Of a stretch of 64,000 nt of DNA, positions 24,501 to 39,500 are shown in pieces; position 1 is the first letter of the stretch, and the number at the start of each line of letters is the position of its first letter. The notes under the pieces are model-generated. The model saw nothing but the letters and a program-made list of their open reading frames with translations, had not been told where the DNA came from and searched no databases. The stretch lies in contig NMRA01000343.1 in NCBI GenBank assembly GCA_002633005.1, forward strand, positions 1-64,000, read 5' to 3'. A program made the translations under genes and the position numbers. This DNA comes from Phoronis australis. Lineage: Eukaryota; Animalia; Phoronida.

Positions 24501-27500
24501 AAAGTCTGTTGAATTCATTCGGTGTTTTTCTGCTTGGAGTGTCAAAAGGTAGAACGTTTTTTATTTGGTACATTGTTGAATGATAGTCATCAAGGCAGAA
24601 ATGTTTTTTATTACCTTCCTGACTTATTGCTGCCTTGGTGACCCATTGAAGTTGAATTATTTGCTCTCAGACTAGCAGTCATTCCTTCATCTATTGGCTT
24701 GTATTTGTAAGTGATAATTTAAATGATGTGATATGACAAAGGTATAATATGGAGTGGTAATATGACAAGACAAAGGAATAATATTGCTGTGTCACTGTCG
24801 TCATCACAGCAGCCACTGTCGTCATGGTGATTATGTGAAAACAAACAATATAAATCAAGAACATTATGTAAGAGTCAAGGAACTTAATCACCATTATTCC
24901 TACCCTGGCTGTAACAGGTCTACTTGAACAACTCAATGACATGAACACTAAGTTGGAAGAGATCCAGAAGTCTCTGGACATGTACCTGGAGACGAAGCGA
25001 CAGATCTTCCCTCGATTCTATTTCCTGTCCAACGACGACCTGCTGGAGATCCTCGGCCAGTCGAAGAATCCTGAGGCTGTGCAACCTCACCTGAAGAAAT
25101 GCTTTGACAACATTGTGAAACTGAAGATGGCTAAGGTGTGTTGTCTGAAACGTTTTTGTCAAATGTAGTTTATTCAATTGTTTGAAAGTGCAGTGTCGTT
25201 CTTTGAATACTGCACTTGACGTCTGGTTAGTGTTGATAATGTTGTAATTTCCTCTACCGTTTGTCTATGTTGACCTTAATTGAAATCTTTAGAGTAAAAA
25301 GTAAATTTTTTCTACCCTCCTAGACGTTACATAGACATGATTGAAAATTTGAGCTTAGACATTAGTGGAATGACCGTGACTGACATAGCGTAATTTTATT
25401 TTATTTCCTTTTAAGGCGGGTATTACTCAGAAGTATGAAGCCAGTGCCATGATTTCAGCTGATGGTGAAGTTATTGACTTTGGTCACCCTGTGATGTTGG
25501 AAGGTCCAGTAGAGGTAAGTCTACTTTGTTCTTCGACAGTCTTACATTTCATTGTCAAACGATGTTTTTGAATTAATGTTCGATCAAAGATCATGTAAAA
25601 CTACCAGAGGATAAAGAAATAAGTGAAGTTGTCAACTTTTGACTTTTAATGATTGATCTTGAATCAAACTCAATGTACATAATCATTTAATTTTCAAAAA
25701 AGCGGACGACTTTCTTCTTGTAAAAAATCTCCAAAATCTCAAAAAAAAGATTTCCGGCTAATTTACAGTCAATTTGTATGGAAATTTTCATCCATTTTTC
25801 TCATCCGATTCTTGGTTTTTGACATAGCTAATAAAACTTTGACAAAACATGTCAGCTTTTTTTGAACACCACACTTAGTTTAACATTTTGAAGTGTATTG
25901 CTTTAGTAAAGTGTTGATAATTAAAAGTGACAACATGTGACTTATTGACTTTGGTTTGTCTCCTTTCAACCTAATGTGTCCTCCATCAGGCATGGTTGTG
26001 TGACATTGAGCGCACCATGAGGTGGACGCTGAAAGATCAGCTTAAGAACTGTCGAGTGGCTCTGAAGAAGAACCTGAACAAGAGAGACAAGTGGATCAAG
26101 GAGTGGCCAGGACAGGTAAGCAGGGCACAGGGGCTGGAGAAGGGGCACAGGGGCAGGAGGAGGGGCACGTTTCTTCACTTGGTGTATTCTTTTCGACTTC
26201 TTTAGAATTTAATAACCAGTCTCAAGTTGGTATTGATTGCTTGTTCATGGTTGTTCAAAAACATGAAAGATTGTGGCACATAACATGTTCAGCATTTTGG
26301 CCAATAGTGTTATGCAATAATACTAATTATTATTAATAGTTGAGTCGAGGCAAAGTCGCTGGATTCAATCACAAGTTAGTGAACTTTAATCAAGCTGGGG
26401 GTTCGTAGTGAATTTTGTGGCTGAAGCAGCCAATAGAATCCTCTCGATCCATAGTGTTGTTGTGTAAAATTAACTGAAACTAAAAATGAATTAAATTAAT
26501 CCATCTTTGTCTATTTAATACGTAGATGTGCATCACAGCAAGCCAGATGCAGTGGACGGCCGATGTCACCAAGGCTCTGGCCACCACTAAGGAGCGCGGC
26601 GACAAGAAAGCTCTGAAGAGTATGAAGAAGAAGCAGATCGCCATGTTGAACAAGTTCTCCGAGGCCATCCGGTCGAATCTGACCAAGATCCAACGTCTCA
26701 AGATTGTAGGCCTGGTCACCATCGAAGTCCACGCGCGTGACATCATCGAGAAATTGATCAAGAGCGGCTGTAATGACGTTACAGCGTTTGAGTGGTTGAG
26801 TCAGCTGCGTGTCTACTGGGACAGGGAGATTGATGACTGTGTGGTGAGGCAGACTAACACACAGTTCCAGTACGGCTATGAGTATCTGGGTAACTCTGGC
26901 AGACTGGTCATTACACCACTCACCGACAGGTAGGTGGACTGGTGTCACATTACTGGTTAATGTGTGGCTTGGTTGGGGGGTGGGGGGGAGTTGGTCAACC
27001 TTAGGAGGGAATTCACAGGTTGCTGTTTGTTGATTTTCTCAAGCATATTTGACAACTTTGTAATCTTGATACAGTCAGTGACATGTTTTCGTTGCCAATA
27101 TCTTCTTGAATTTTTTAGACTTGTGGGTATTTTTCCTAATATCTGATTTTAGAGTTGATATTTTCCAATAAGGTGATTGTTTCCCAAAAAGGCTAAATTT
27201 GATGAACTTTTGTATTTGCCCCTAGAGACAAGTCGTTTGAAATTTTGTTCATGATTAAAATCTTACTTTAACCTTCACTGCTGGTGTCTGTTTCACAATC
27301 TTAGTCAATGCTTTTAATTTATGTTTGCTTATGGTGTTGACTATCATTTTTGAGTAGCGGGTCATGTACATAGATTTACTGTCCTTGCCTCTACCAGGTG
27401 CTACATGACCCTGACCACGGCACTCCACCTTCACCGTGGAGGTAGTCCCAAGGGTCCCGCTGGAACTGGCAAGACTGAGACCACAAAGGATCTTGGGAAG

Positions 27501-30500
27501 GCTCTAGGTAACTACGTCATTGTGGTCAACTGCTCCGAGGGACTTGACTATAAGTCAATGGGCAGGATGTTCTCTGGTCTGGCTCAGGTAGGTCGACTGG
27601 ACACAATCGATGCTATGGGTTTTGTTTAAGTCGTGACTGGACAAAATACGATCTTTTTACTTGTCCCACTTAGAAATGTGGTATAGACGTATTCATAGAG
27701 GATTATTAGATGCATTGCTAATAGGCCTGCACTAATTTACAGCATGGTCCTCTCTATTAGAAGCCTAACCTTTTGAAAACTAACACAACCATACAGAGTG
27801 CTTTTTTATATCTCTACAAGAGAGGAGAGTTGAATGTGAGATGGACTATTTGACTGGTTACACCTTCAACAAAACCTGTTTGACTGCTACTGAAATATAC
27901 CTTTGTGACATGTCATACATGTTTTTGTGGACTTGTGTTCTTCAGAATTCTTATTTCTAGTTGCTTTCCTTTCTCAAGGTCAAATAAAAGCCCCTAATTG
28001 CTTCTGACTGTTTGAAGCTTATGACATTTAAAACGACAGTTCAGTTTACATGCCTTTGGCTCAGTGGCACAAAGTCAATAACCCCCTCTCCATAATATTA
28101 TTAAGAATTTCACATTATTGGAATTGCCACATTTTGGCAGAATTGGAAAAGATTTACTTTCTTATTTCTTGGACAGGTTTACTTACAAGTGTCTTGGGTC
28201 ATGTTTCAACACACAGTTTTGATAAAATAAGGAAATCCATGTTTGTCATTCATGAGTTGAAACTTTGAACTGAAAATATTCATGGGTTTCAATGATCTCA
28301 TCTTACAAGTGAAACTGTCTGTTGATGACTAATCATCTAATTCTTCTCTATCCTCCATAGACTGGTGCCTGGGGGTGTTTTGATGAGTTCAACCGCATCA
28401 ACATTGAAGTGCTGTCTGTGGTAGCCCAACAGATTCTGTCCATCCTCTCTGCTCTCGCCGCTGGTACGGAGAGGTTCGTGTTCGAGGGACGCGAGATCAA
28501 CCTGGTCTGGTCATGTGGCATCTTTATCACCATGAATCCTGGTGAGTTCTCATAAAACTGTTCTCCAGGATAAAAATCTAGTGTTGATACCACCACACTC
28601 AAGCCAGAAACTCCTCTCTAAAAATGGGTCAGTCACGGCTTGATTAGAGCAAACTTCTTAAAATTTAATGTTAGATGATTGTAAATTTTTAGGTTAGTCT
28701 AATTGGTAGTTGTAGGCCCAAATCATTGAGTTTTATCCATTATTAAGTCAACATAATGTTAAGCTTTTCAACTTTTCAACAATACTGTTTTATTTAGGGT
28801 TAGACACCTTGGAAATTATAGTTTTGCAAATTCTGAACTGATTAGCTGTTGTACTGAGAATTTTTTCAGTTTTTAAATTATTAAAAGTATCTAAAATATT
28901 TCAGAATAAAGTAATTTGAAGTTGTGGCATTTTATGTCTTTAATGCTGGCTTAGCAGCAAATTTATGTTTTTGTTTTGAAAAACGGAATAGTTGATTGTG
29001 TAAAGATTGTATTTAAAGTAGTTGGTATTTAATTTGGGCATGCCTTATGTTGCTAGGCTACGCTGGTCGTACTGAACTCCCTGACAATCTCAAATCTATG
29101 TTCCGGCCCATCTCCATGGTGGTACCTGACTCCAACCTTATTGCTGAGATCATTTTGTTTGGTGAAGGATTCAACAACACAAAGGTTTGTACTTTTACAA
29201 AATTAATCGAGCTTGAATGAAAAAAAAATGTTTGAATTATTGTTCAAGTCTGGGCAAAATTTTTCTAGCTTAGCCACTATAACTCAAGCTTGGTCAATAT
29301 TACTAAACTTTTGCCAGTTTTGCATGTCGCCTTTGAAGCAAGAAGCGCAGATTGAATTGAATTAAACACTCAGTACAATAAGAGCTTTTAACTTGTTGGT
29401 TAGTAAACATTTCAAGTTTTAAAAGCTCTAACTCAGTGGTTAAATAAAACGATTTAGGCTTCCTTGATTTTGTGGCTTCTCTGTTCTAGTTGCTGGCCAA
29501 GAAGGTGTTTACCCTCTACTCACTGGCCGTTCAGCAGTTGTCCAAACAGGACCATTATGACTTTGGACTACGTGCCCTCGTGTCTGTGTTGAGATACGCG
29601 GGACGGAAGAAACGATCCAACCCCAACATGGCCGACGAAGAGGTAATTGAAAATAAGCACTTTTGTGTGATAAACAGGTCTGATTAAAGCAATAATTCAA
29701 TTGAATTGATGTGGTAAGGAAGTACCATTGTGTATTTAGGTATAATGTTGCTATGGATATTCAAAACAGTTATTGTATTAGATGAGAAGTATTAAATCGG
29801 CTATAAACTCTTGTTGCATCCCAGAAGGGAATTTTTGAGACCAGCTTCAACACATTACCTAATCTAAATCAATTTTTTTTGTGGTGAAGGGCATGTTTAC
29901 AGCCACTGTAAACTTTCAGGATTTGTAACTCTTCTTGGCAATGTGTTTAATATACTCTAGTAATTTACTTAAATTCGAGAGAACTGAGATCTATTTAGTT
30001 GATGCTGCGTCATGGTCATTCTACGGTTACATAGTATTTACTCATTGTCAATAATGTGACATTCGTTAATCTACTAGGTTCAGTAACATTTTGCTTGTGA
30101 AAGCTAATGATCCCAGGTGCTTTGTTGATAATACCTGGCAATATCCACCATAGACTTGTCTGATCTTGTTTAACTCGCTAGGTACAGTTAACAGTTTTCA
30201 AAAAGTTTATTCTCATTGAAAATTGCTGAAATTTCAAAGCACGTATTTCTGGCTAATTTCAAATGATGTTCTCGTCAGGGTTTCCGTCATAATTTTATTG
30301 CAGACGGTCGAATTTCGTGAACCCCTGGCAGTCATGCGGTGTTGGTACTAGGATTGAGGCAGCAGTGTTGGTACTAGGATTGAGCAGCTATACATGAACA
30401 TGCTTTGTTTCAGCTCCTGCTACTCTCAATGAAGGACATGAACATCGCCAAGTTGACCTCAGTGGATCTACCGCTTTTCAATGGTATTGTGTCGGATCTG

Positions 30501-33500
30501 TTCCCTGGGGTGGAGACTCCAGTCATTGACTATACTAAGGTATGTTGAGAGCTCAAGCCAAGGTGAGACCAGTGAATGAACCAGTGGCCAGTTTGACGTA
30601 TATTCTCAGCTTAACGTGAGGTGTCAGCTCAGCTATGGTTCACTTGAGACAGAGAGCTTAGCTCGTACCTATTTGTTTGCGCTGGCCCTTAGGCCTTTTC
30701 CGAGTTTTTCGTGAAATTATACTGAGCAGGTCGTGAAACGTTTTGACCAAATTTTGTGTACTAGAAAAAAATACAGACAGTGTATTTGTCTGAATCTTTT
30801 ATAAAATGGCACTTGAAAACAACTTATTTTTTTCTACAGTTAAATTTCTGTGATACTTTAGATTTCTTATTGCTTACAATCATATTCATCTGAAATTATG
30901 TGTCGTGTCAAATACTTTGACTTATTTGTCGTCTGTGTATGAATCATTTTGAACAGCGGGCAGTGAAATTTTTTTGCAGCTTTCGCGTTTCAATTTGCTC
31001 TACAAAAGCCACACAAATGGTAGATTTAATGTTTTCTGTGCAGCACTTTCATAATTTTCTGTATTTTATTGACTCATGGCCTTTGGGCGGAATTGAACAA
31101 AATGAAATGCTTTTGATCTTTGTGTGCACCATTTTGAACCCTTGGCCTAATCACGCTACTCCAAACTTCAGACTGCAATGAGACACGTGACTAATCCTAA
31201 CCATGTCTCCCGCAGATGAAGAATCAGATTGAGCTTGAACTAAAGGAGATGAAACTCCAAGCGACACCATGGGCCATCACCAAGGTGATTCAGCTGTATG
31301 AGACGAAGAACTCGCGTCACTCCACGATGATCGTGGGTAAGACTCAGTCAGCCAAGACAGTCACATGGAAGGTACTGCAGGCCAGCTTGACATCTCTAGC
31401 TAAGAGTGGAGATGTCAGTTACAACCCTGTCAAGGTGAGTTTTGCTGTTCGTTATCTGTCCAGTACAATCATGAAAGTATCGTGACATGGTGTTGGGGAA
31501 TAACACTGCATGATGCAGGCTATGTGAGCACACAAGGTACGTCATTAGTAGAAAGGTCACCAATTTGCAGAATGTTTTGTTTTCACATTTACAAGTTAAG
31601 CATAGATGATGTTCAAATAGCATTGTCATTTAGTTCATGCTATACATTAACATACTTAGTTAGGAGCATGCAATTTCATCTTTAAATTCTACTGCTTCAA
31701 TGAAAACACAAGCTAAATACTGAATCGCTCGTAGTGTCGAAACAATCCCCTTTCTTCAGGTGTGCAGCTGTGTAGCAAAACACTGAGAGACGTAACAAAC
31801 AAACAAATTAAAACACTAGCTATATTTCGAGACTGCATTTCTCATCATGTCTATTGCAGGAATACCCACTCAACCCTAAAGCGTTGTCTCTGGGTGAGCT
31901 TTATGGAGAGTTTGACCTCAACACTAATGAGTGGACGGACGGGGTACTGTCCACAGTGATGAGGGTCACTTGTGCTGGTAAGAGTTGTTCTTAAAGATTT
32001 CTTAGTCCACTTTATTTTAAATATTAATAAAAGCTTGTTTAAACTAATTTCAAGTACAAATAGACAAATTAAGTTCAATATTTTTCTCAAATAATGCTCA
32101 TTCTGTATCAAGTCAAAGGTTTTGAAAATAAAGTATTTCACAAAATAGAAATTTATGATGCAGATTGGTGCACTATAAAATTTCCAGTATAAAGTTACGT
32201 AAAATCAGTTTGACAAATGAATACTCCTCTTTAAGCGCACTATTTTATGAACTTTTCTTCTAACATTTGCATCCATTTCAACCTGTTTAATGTTGTCATT
32301 ACCTCTGTACACAGATGAGAAGCCAGATGAGAAGTGGATCCTGTTTGATGGTCCGGTGGACACACTGTGGATTGAGAGTATGAACTCTGTCATGGATGAC
32401 AACAAGGTGTTGACCCTCATCAACGGAGAACGTATCGCCATGCCTGAGCAAGTGAGTCTGACACTAGTTTGCTTGTCACTAAAAGTAAAAACGGGGTAAA
32501 AAATGGTCAGAAATTCACCGTTATGTCAACTGAGAAATAAACATTCTCCCAATTCTATGAGAGATAGCAACATGGCTTCTTAGTGATGAACAGGCTGTTA
32601 TGAAGTAAAATTTGGATATTCCGATTGATTGGAATATGATAGTTGCACATTCCAATCAGTTGATGTTGAGAAATGCAAAGCCATCTAATTACCTAGTGTC
32701 TTTGTGGCTTGCGGTTGCTGCAACCACTAAAACAGAATAAACACAGACTGATTCCAGACAAGTTCAGATGACTGTTTTGACACATTTAAGATTACAAGGT
32801 GTCCGACAAAAATTATCATTCATTTAGTACGTTTCCAGCTCATTTTCCTACCATATTTATACTGTATTGCACAGCAACAACGTAATGACCATTAAGAGAA
32901 TTTATTTGTGACTATTTTCTGTAAGTTTCTCTTTTTTGACTTACCGTGTCAGTCCTGCTATTTAACTCTTACTCCCAGGTGTCGCTACTGTTCGAAGTAG
33001 AAGATCTTGCCGTAGCGTCCCCAGCCACTGTGTCTCGTTGTGGAATGGTCTATAATGACTATGTAGACTTGGGATGGAAGCCGTACGTCGACTCCTGGCT
33101 GGAACTCAAGAAAAACAAGGTATACACACTGTTATGGAATTCCGTAGTGTGTTTCTGTAAAATGTGTGATTGCAGAAATTATTTTTAGTGTGACAAATTA
33201 TTGTTGGACTTAGGTTGGTGGATTTTTTTTTCCAAAGTAGTATTTTCTGAGTGTTAACTAGTGATTAGTTGTGTTGTGCGCTTCTATTAACAACCACACA
33301 GTTTTTTGAAACCAGTAGAGGTCACCTTATTTTGGCTGAACATCTTTAAGAGCACTGCTAGTACTAATGCATTCAATTCAAAAAGTCAAATCTTTACTGG
33401 ATTTGAACTAATTTGCTTTTAAAATTTTAATTATTAATTGTATTTGAGACATGTTGTAAGCTTAGGTATTTCAATAAATTTTTAGTGAATTCAGTTTTCT

Positions 33501-36500
33501 TTGAATTTGGTTTGTGCGTGTGATTTGCTCTATTCATGTTTTGATCATCTGTAGTGTGGTGTGTTTCTTACATTTAAGTGTGCGTGTAGTCTTGAACTTG
33601 TCACTGTTTCATTGTTAATAGTATGACAACCAGCCCGGACAGCCAATCAAGGTAATTGACCACAAGTATTTCAACCAATGAGGGACTGCTTTGTTTCGTT
33701 CTGCTGAATGTGTTTTTGTTCTTTTGCTATTGGTTGCTTGCTGGCTGATGTCTTCTGCTTTTGCTATATTTCTTTGTCTTCTTGATGTGAACTATGAGTC
33801 TTTACATAAATGCAAAAAGAAGTCTGGATAAGTATGTATTCAACTAAGTAATCAATCAATGTCACTTGTTTTCTTCTTACTGTCTGTCAATCTTGGTTGA
33901 AATTTGCTGGGAAATGGGAGATTTTTTAACNGGTTGGTGAATTTTTTTCCAAAGTAGTATTTTCTGAGTGTTAACTAGTGATTAGTTGTGTTGTGTGCTT
34001 CTATTAACAACCACACAGTTTTTTGAAACCAGTAGAGGTCAGCTTATTTTGACTGAACATCTTTAAGAGCACTGCTAGTACTAATGCATTCAATTCAAAA
34101 AGTCGAATCTTTACTGGATTTGAACTAATTTGCTTTTAAAATTTTAATTATTAATTGTATTTGAGACATGTTGTAAGCTTAGGTATTTCAATAAATTTTT
34201 AGTGAATTCAGTTTTCTTTGAATTTGGTTTATGCGTGTGATTTGCTCTATTCATGTTTTGATCATCTGTAGTGTCGTGTGTTTCTTACATTTAAGTGTGC
34301 GTGTAGTCTTGAACTTGTCACTGTTTCATTGTTAATAGTATGACAACCAGCCCGGACAGCCAATCAAGGTAATTGACCACAAGTATTTCAACCAATGAGG
34401 GACTGCTTTGTTTCGTTCTGCTGAATGTGTTTTTGTTCTTTTGCTATTGGTTGCTTGCTGGCTGATATCTTCTGCTTTTGCTATATTTCTTTGTCTTCTT
34501 GATATGAACTATGAGTCTTTACATAAATGAAAAAGAAGTCTGGATAAGTATGTATTCAACTAAGTAATCAATCAATGTCACTTGTTTTCTTCTTACTGCC
34601 TGTCAATCTTGGTTGAAATTTGCTGGGAAATGGGAGATTTTTTAACCACATAATGTTCGAATTTTCACTCATAACAACGGCACTTACATTTTTATGCACA
34701 TGATTGTTAACTTTAGGAAAGAAATTTGTGTTAAAGCTCTGATCTGAAAAAAGTAATCAGAAAGGCTTAACTTGTAACACTCAATTAATCAAATGTTCTA
34801 AGTCTCTGAAACTAATTTCATTAACATGAAATTTTTATAACTTTGTTTCATTCCTTTTTGGAATGTAAACCTGATCTTGTTTGGGAAAGAAACACGGGGT
34901 TACCGATCAAGCCACATTACTGTAGATGCTTTTAAGAAAAGAAAACACTCTGCTTTGTCTGAACTACATGTCGATTTGTTTCTATTCACAACAAGTTGAG
35001 GTAAACAATTATGCAGGGCCATCTTTCAAACTCTGATTGTTATTGTTTCATGTTTTGGGGTGGAACCCTGATTTTTATTCCAACTTTTAATAGGGTGAGT
35101 TATCACTTAATTACACTCTGTAGATAAAACCATTGACCGAATGGAGTTCCTTGATTACTTTTAGATTAGAATCGCTGCACCTACTGACTCGGTTTATTTG
35201 AGACTCAAACATGGTTTACTGTGCAATGTACATCGAATGCTGCAATCTTCACCCTAGACTTGATTCATACCATTCTGTCGCCCAGATGTAGTGCTTTATA
35301 GTGCTTTCTGGGCATAACTCAAGTTACTGCACATTATAGTTCACCGTTGGTGATTTTGACTTAACCTGTAATTTTATGTGACTTTAAGAATCTGATCATT
35401 GATACTTAAAAGGCGTCTTTCTCTGTTGCGTATGAATGCGCTCCTTGAATTAGCCAGGTGCTGTATGCCACGCCTACTTCCTTGTTCCTGTAGATGCTAG
35501 CAGACACACAAATATAGTAGAGCATCAGTTATAGTGCATAGTGCAGCTTTCCTTTTATACTCGAGGTTGCTATAGAGACATGGTATGGCAATCTGTGTTG
35601 CATAAAATAAGTGCAGGTGGTCCTTGAAAAGGCCAGTCAGGTGGGCTCAGTGCACTGATCACTTGCAACCATGGTTATGCTTTAAATTCTTAATATCAAT
35701 AGTCGTAACCGAGCTGAGGAGCTAGAGACCTGACTCAAGGGTCTAGCGGTCTGCCCTAGTGGGACTTGAACCCACGACCTTGAGTAAAGGAAGCATGCAT
35801 TATCCCTCTAGGCCACACTGCCTCCACTTTCAGATTTATTCTTGATAGCTACAATTTTCATGGTATCGTGTCGTCAGACAGTTGTAACATAACAAATAGG
35901 GCCTGTTGTATCCAGGGTTGTAGGTCTCGACATAGCTAACATGGTTGTGGGCATAATTTTGCGAAGACAAGACTATACTTTTTGTTAGAACGGAACATTC
36001 AACCGTCTAATGCACGAATCGACTTATAGCCTTTCGTAAAATTGAACCCTGGTAAACAATGATGTTGACATTATGCCAACAACATGCTATGTTAAGTCTG
36101 AGCATTAAATTTAATTTTCATCAAATACAGTCCAGGTGAACGCAGACTGATGTAGGTTTCATTACCAAACGGTTGTCAATTGTCATCTTTTCCCCCCAGC
36201 TTTTCAGGGTTGCCAGTGTAGTCTTTAGAAAGTGTGCTGATGATTTGCGAGAGCATGATACTTCGAGTGGCATTCTAGATTAGAAATGTCGCTTCTTGAG
36301 AACATAATGTAAACAGTGTGTGGATATCGAAGTGAATAGTAACTGGCGAATGTTTTCTTTTGATTTTAGTCAGTATTGATCTGGGCTAATACTAAGTGGG
36401 AATTCTTTAAAAGTGTACACGCCCAACCTGCATTGAAGTGTGTTCACATTCTGTATTCGTGGCTCACTACGATTCATAAGTACATCGTCAGAGAAAACTC

Positions 36501-39500
36501 ATCACTCCATTTTTACTAATTCATTTTGCAATGATACTCATGGTCAGTTGTGCATTGATAGTCATGGTGTGCATTCTTTCCTAGGTTCTGGTTGATGAGC
36601 TAAAGAGACTGTTTGATAAGTATCTGCTGAAGATCTACGACTTCCGACGTCAGTTTTGCAACGAACTCATTCCCATCGCTGAGCTTAACGGAGTCTCCTC
36701 TCTGTGCAAACTGTTCGACACACTAGCAACGCCAGAGAACGGAGTAAGCACACTCTTATTACTTACATCCAGCAAGTGTTCTAATTCCTAATATTTTAAA
36801 ATTCCATCAATTGATTCTGGTTAGAAGATTTTATTTTGTCTTGCCACGCTGTATGTATGAAGTATGATCTAAACAATAATCATGGTTTCTTCTTGTCACT
36901 AGGTGGACTCAAACGACGGGGAGAACTACATGCGCATGATTGAACTATGGTTCCAGTTCTGCATGATCTGGTCCATCTGCGCCTCAGTGGACGAGGAGGG
37001 GCGTAAGAAGCTGGACAACTACATCCGCGAGATGGAGGGCACCTTCCCCAACAAGGACTCCATTTATGAGTACGTGGTGGACCCCAAGACCAAGAGCTGG
37101 GTCCACTGGGAGGAGCGACTGCGGCAGGGCTGGAAATATGACAGCAAGTGAGTAGACATAACATAAGATTACCGCAGACGACTATCATCCTTGACAGCAA
37201 GTTTGTGGACATTACACAACAACTATAGCCTCTAGAGTGTAGTGAGCCATGAAGATACTTATAAAAATTCAGTAAAGCTGGGTGAACTGTTCACAGCCAG
37301 ACAGTCTGCTTGTGTCAACTGGGCCATTGTATTACAGGGTACTAGCTGATGTTTTTGGACATGGCCCTAAGTTGATTACATAAACTGATTATCACTACCC
37401 CCCCCCTCTGTAAATGGGGGATAGGACAGGGTGTAAGGGAAAGTGTTTGGTATATTGGTAAGTTCCTGCCACTGTTCAGCTGACCTGTCACACAGGTTTC
37501 ATCAGTTCATACTTATTCAGAATAATAGGATGCAGGATCAAAGCAGTCGTGATAAGTCTGTAATTGACAGAAATGAAAAGTTCTAGTAGCTAGGCATTCG
37601 AACAACTACATTATGAAATACATATCTACATTTTTCATCTTCTTCTTTTTAACCTATCACAGATTTGAGTCAGAGAACTAATTGAGATAACTACGAGTTG
37701 TATTTGAAACTGCGCGAGACCGTCATATTATCGCAGTGTTTTTCTTGCAGAATGCCATTCTACCGCATCATTGTGCCCACTGTGGACACAGTGCGATACA
37801 ACTTCCTGGTCTCCAACCTCCTGGAGTCTCTCAACCCTGTACTGCTGGTGGGACCCGTTGGTACTGGCAAGACGTCCGTTATCAATAATGTACTGAGCGG
37901 TATGAACTCAAAGGTCTACAGTGTGTTGACGGTCAACATGTCCGCTCAGGTGAGTAACGGAGTATTTGTGTTTGTAATTAACAGTAATTTTAAAAGATGA
38001 CCAATTTTACTGTAGTTTGTTCAGTTTTGTTGATTTGGTGAAGTTTTGTCAAAAAATTGTCAAAGAAACCAGAAGAAATTTGATTGTTAAAAATAACTCA
38101 AAAACGCTCTGAAGTGTCAGTTTTCAAGATTTCATCATGATACCTTTTAAATTGTTGACTCAAATACTTAGTAACTGTTGATGGTCATCTGAATTTAAAT
38201 GTTTCGACTAATGAATCATTTTACCTGTTTTTTCGCCTCATGGTTAAACCTTAAAAAATTTCCCAAATTTTACAAGTAATGAATTGCAAAATCTCAACCA
38301 ATTTGAATTTTTAACCTTTTACCTGACAAATTGGTACCATTCCAGTAAGAGGAATTTTTCATGTGTTAGTTGCATGTTTGATACTCCTGGATGTATATTT
38401 AGATTTGAACTTTTGTCTCGAAAATGCCATCTGCCATATAGGTGCCCGAACTTGTTTATGGTGATTTCCTGTTTGTGTCATTCTGGTAAACTTTACTTCA
38501 ACCATATTCACCTCTGTCACCAGAGTCGGTTTTGTGTGTTTGCAACACATTCCTGTGTTTCAGACCTCGTCGAACAATGTCCAAGACATCATCGAGAGCC
38601 GGGTGGAGAAACGTACAAAGGGCGTCTACGTCCCTCTGGGGGGCAAGAAACTGCTGACCTTCATGGATGACTTCAACATGCCCGCCAAGGACACGTTTGG
38701 GTCACAGCCCCCTCTGGAGTTGATTAAGCTGTGGCTAGACTATGGCTTCTGGTACGTGGAATGTGTCTAATGAGCAAGACGACGTGAAATTAGAATATAA
38801 AATAGCTTCACGTGCTTTTGGTAAAGCATATTTTGCTTAAGATAACATGGCACCCAGTCATAGTGAACTTGAAAAATGACATATATCAAGTCCATGCAAA
38901 GAAAGTGGAAAGAGAAGATACCTGTGGACATTTGTCAACAGGTAAACAAACTGTTGACACATGTTCATGGTCTTGGGTATGGTTGTTTGTAATTATCAGC
39001 AAGGCATTGCATAACTTTATGTCTATTTTTTGGGAAAATCACTTTTAGTGTGCAAAATAAGAATATTAAGTGAAGAAAACATAGCATGTTTCCAGATCTT
39101 GCCCAAGCCTGCTGTTACAACAAATATGGCTAACTTGATGTTAGCGGTTAATGCTCTGAGTACTTGGTATTCCTTGAAGCTTGTTTCTAAATTTCACCTG
39201 TCCAGTCAGTGAAACATATTTTGCTGTGTCCGTATACTGAATAGATAGCAAGTGAGAAAGTTTTGTGGTGTATTCTTCTCGTTTTTCCTCAGGTATGACC
39301 GACAGAAGCAGACGACCAAGTTCATCCGTGACATGTTCCTGCTGGCTGCCATGGGTCCCCCTGGTGGTGGTCGTACACACATCTCTCGCCGTCTCCAGAG
39401 TCGGTTCAACTTGATTAACATGACCTTTCCACAGGTAAATTACTTCCAATTAAAGCAACCCGGTACACTCCATTTGTTGGTTAAATGGTTCGGGGTCAAA

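Noticed and set aside
35755-35825. tRNA gene
   Set aside because: A and B boxes present but no cloverleaf or acceptor stem; better explained as a SINE head.
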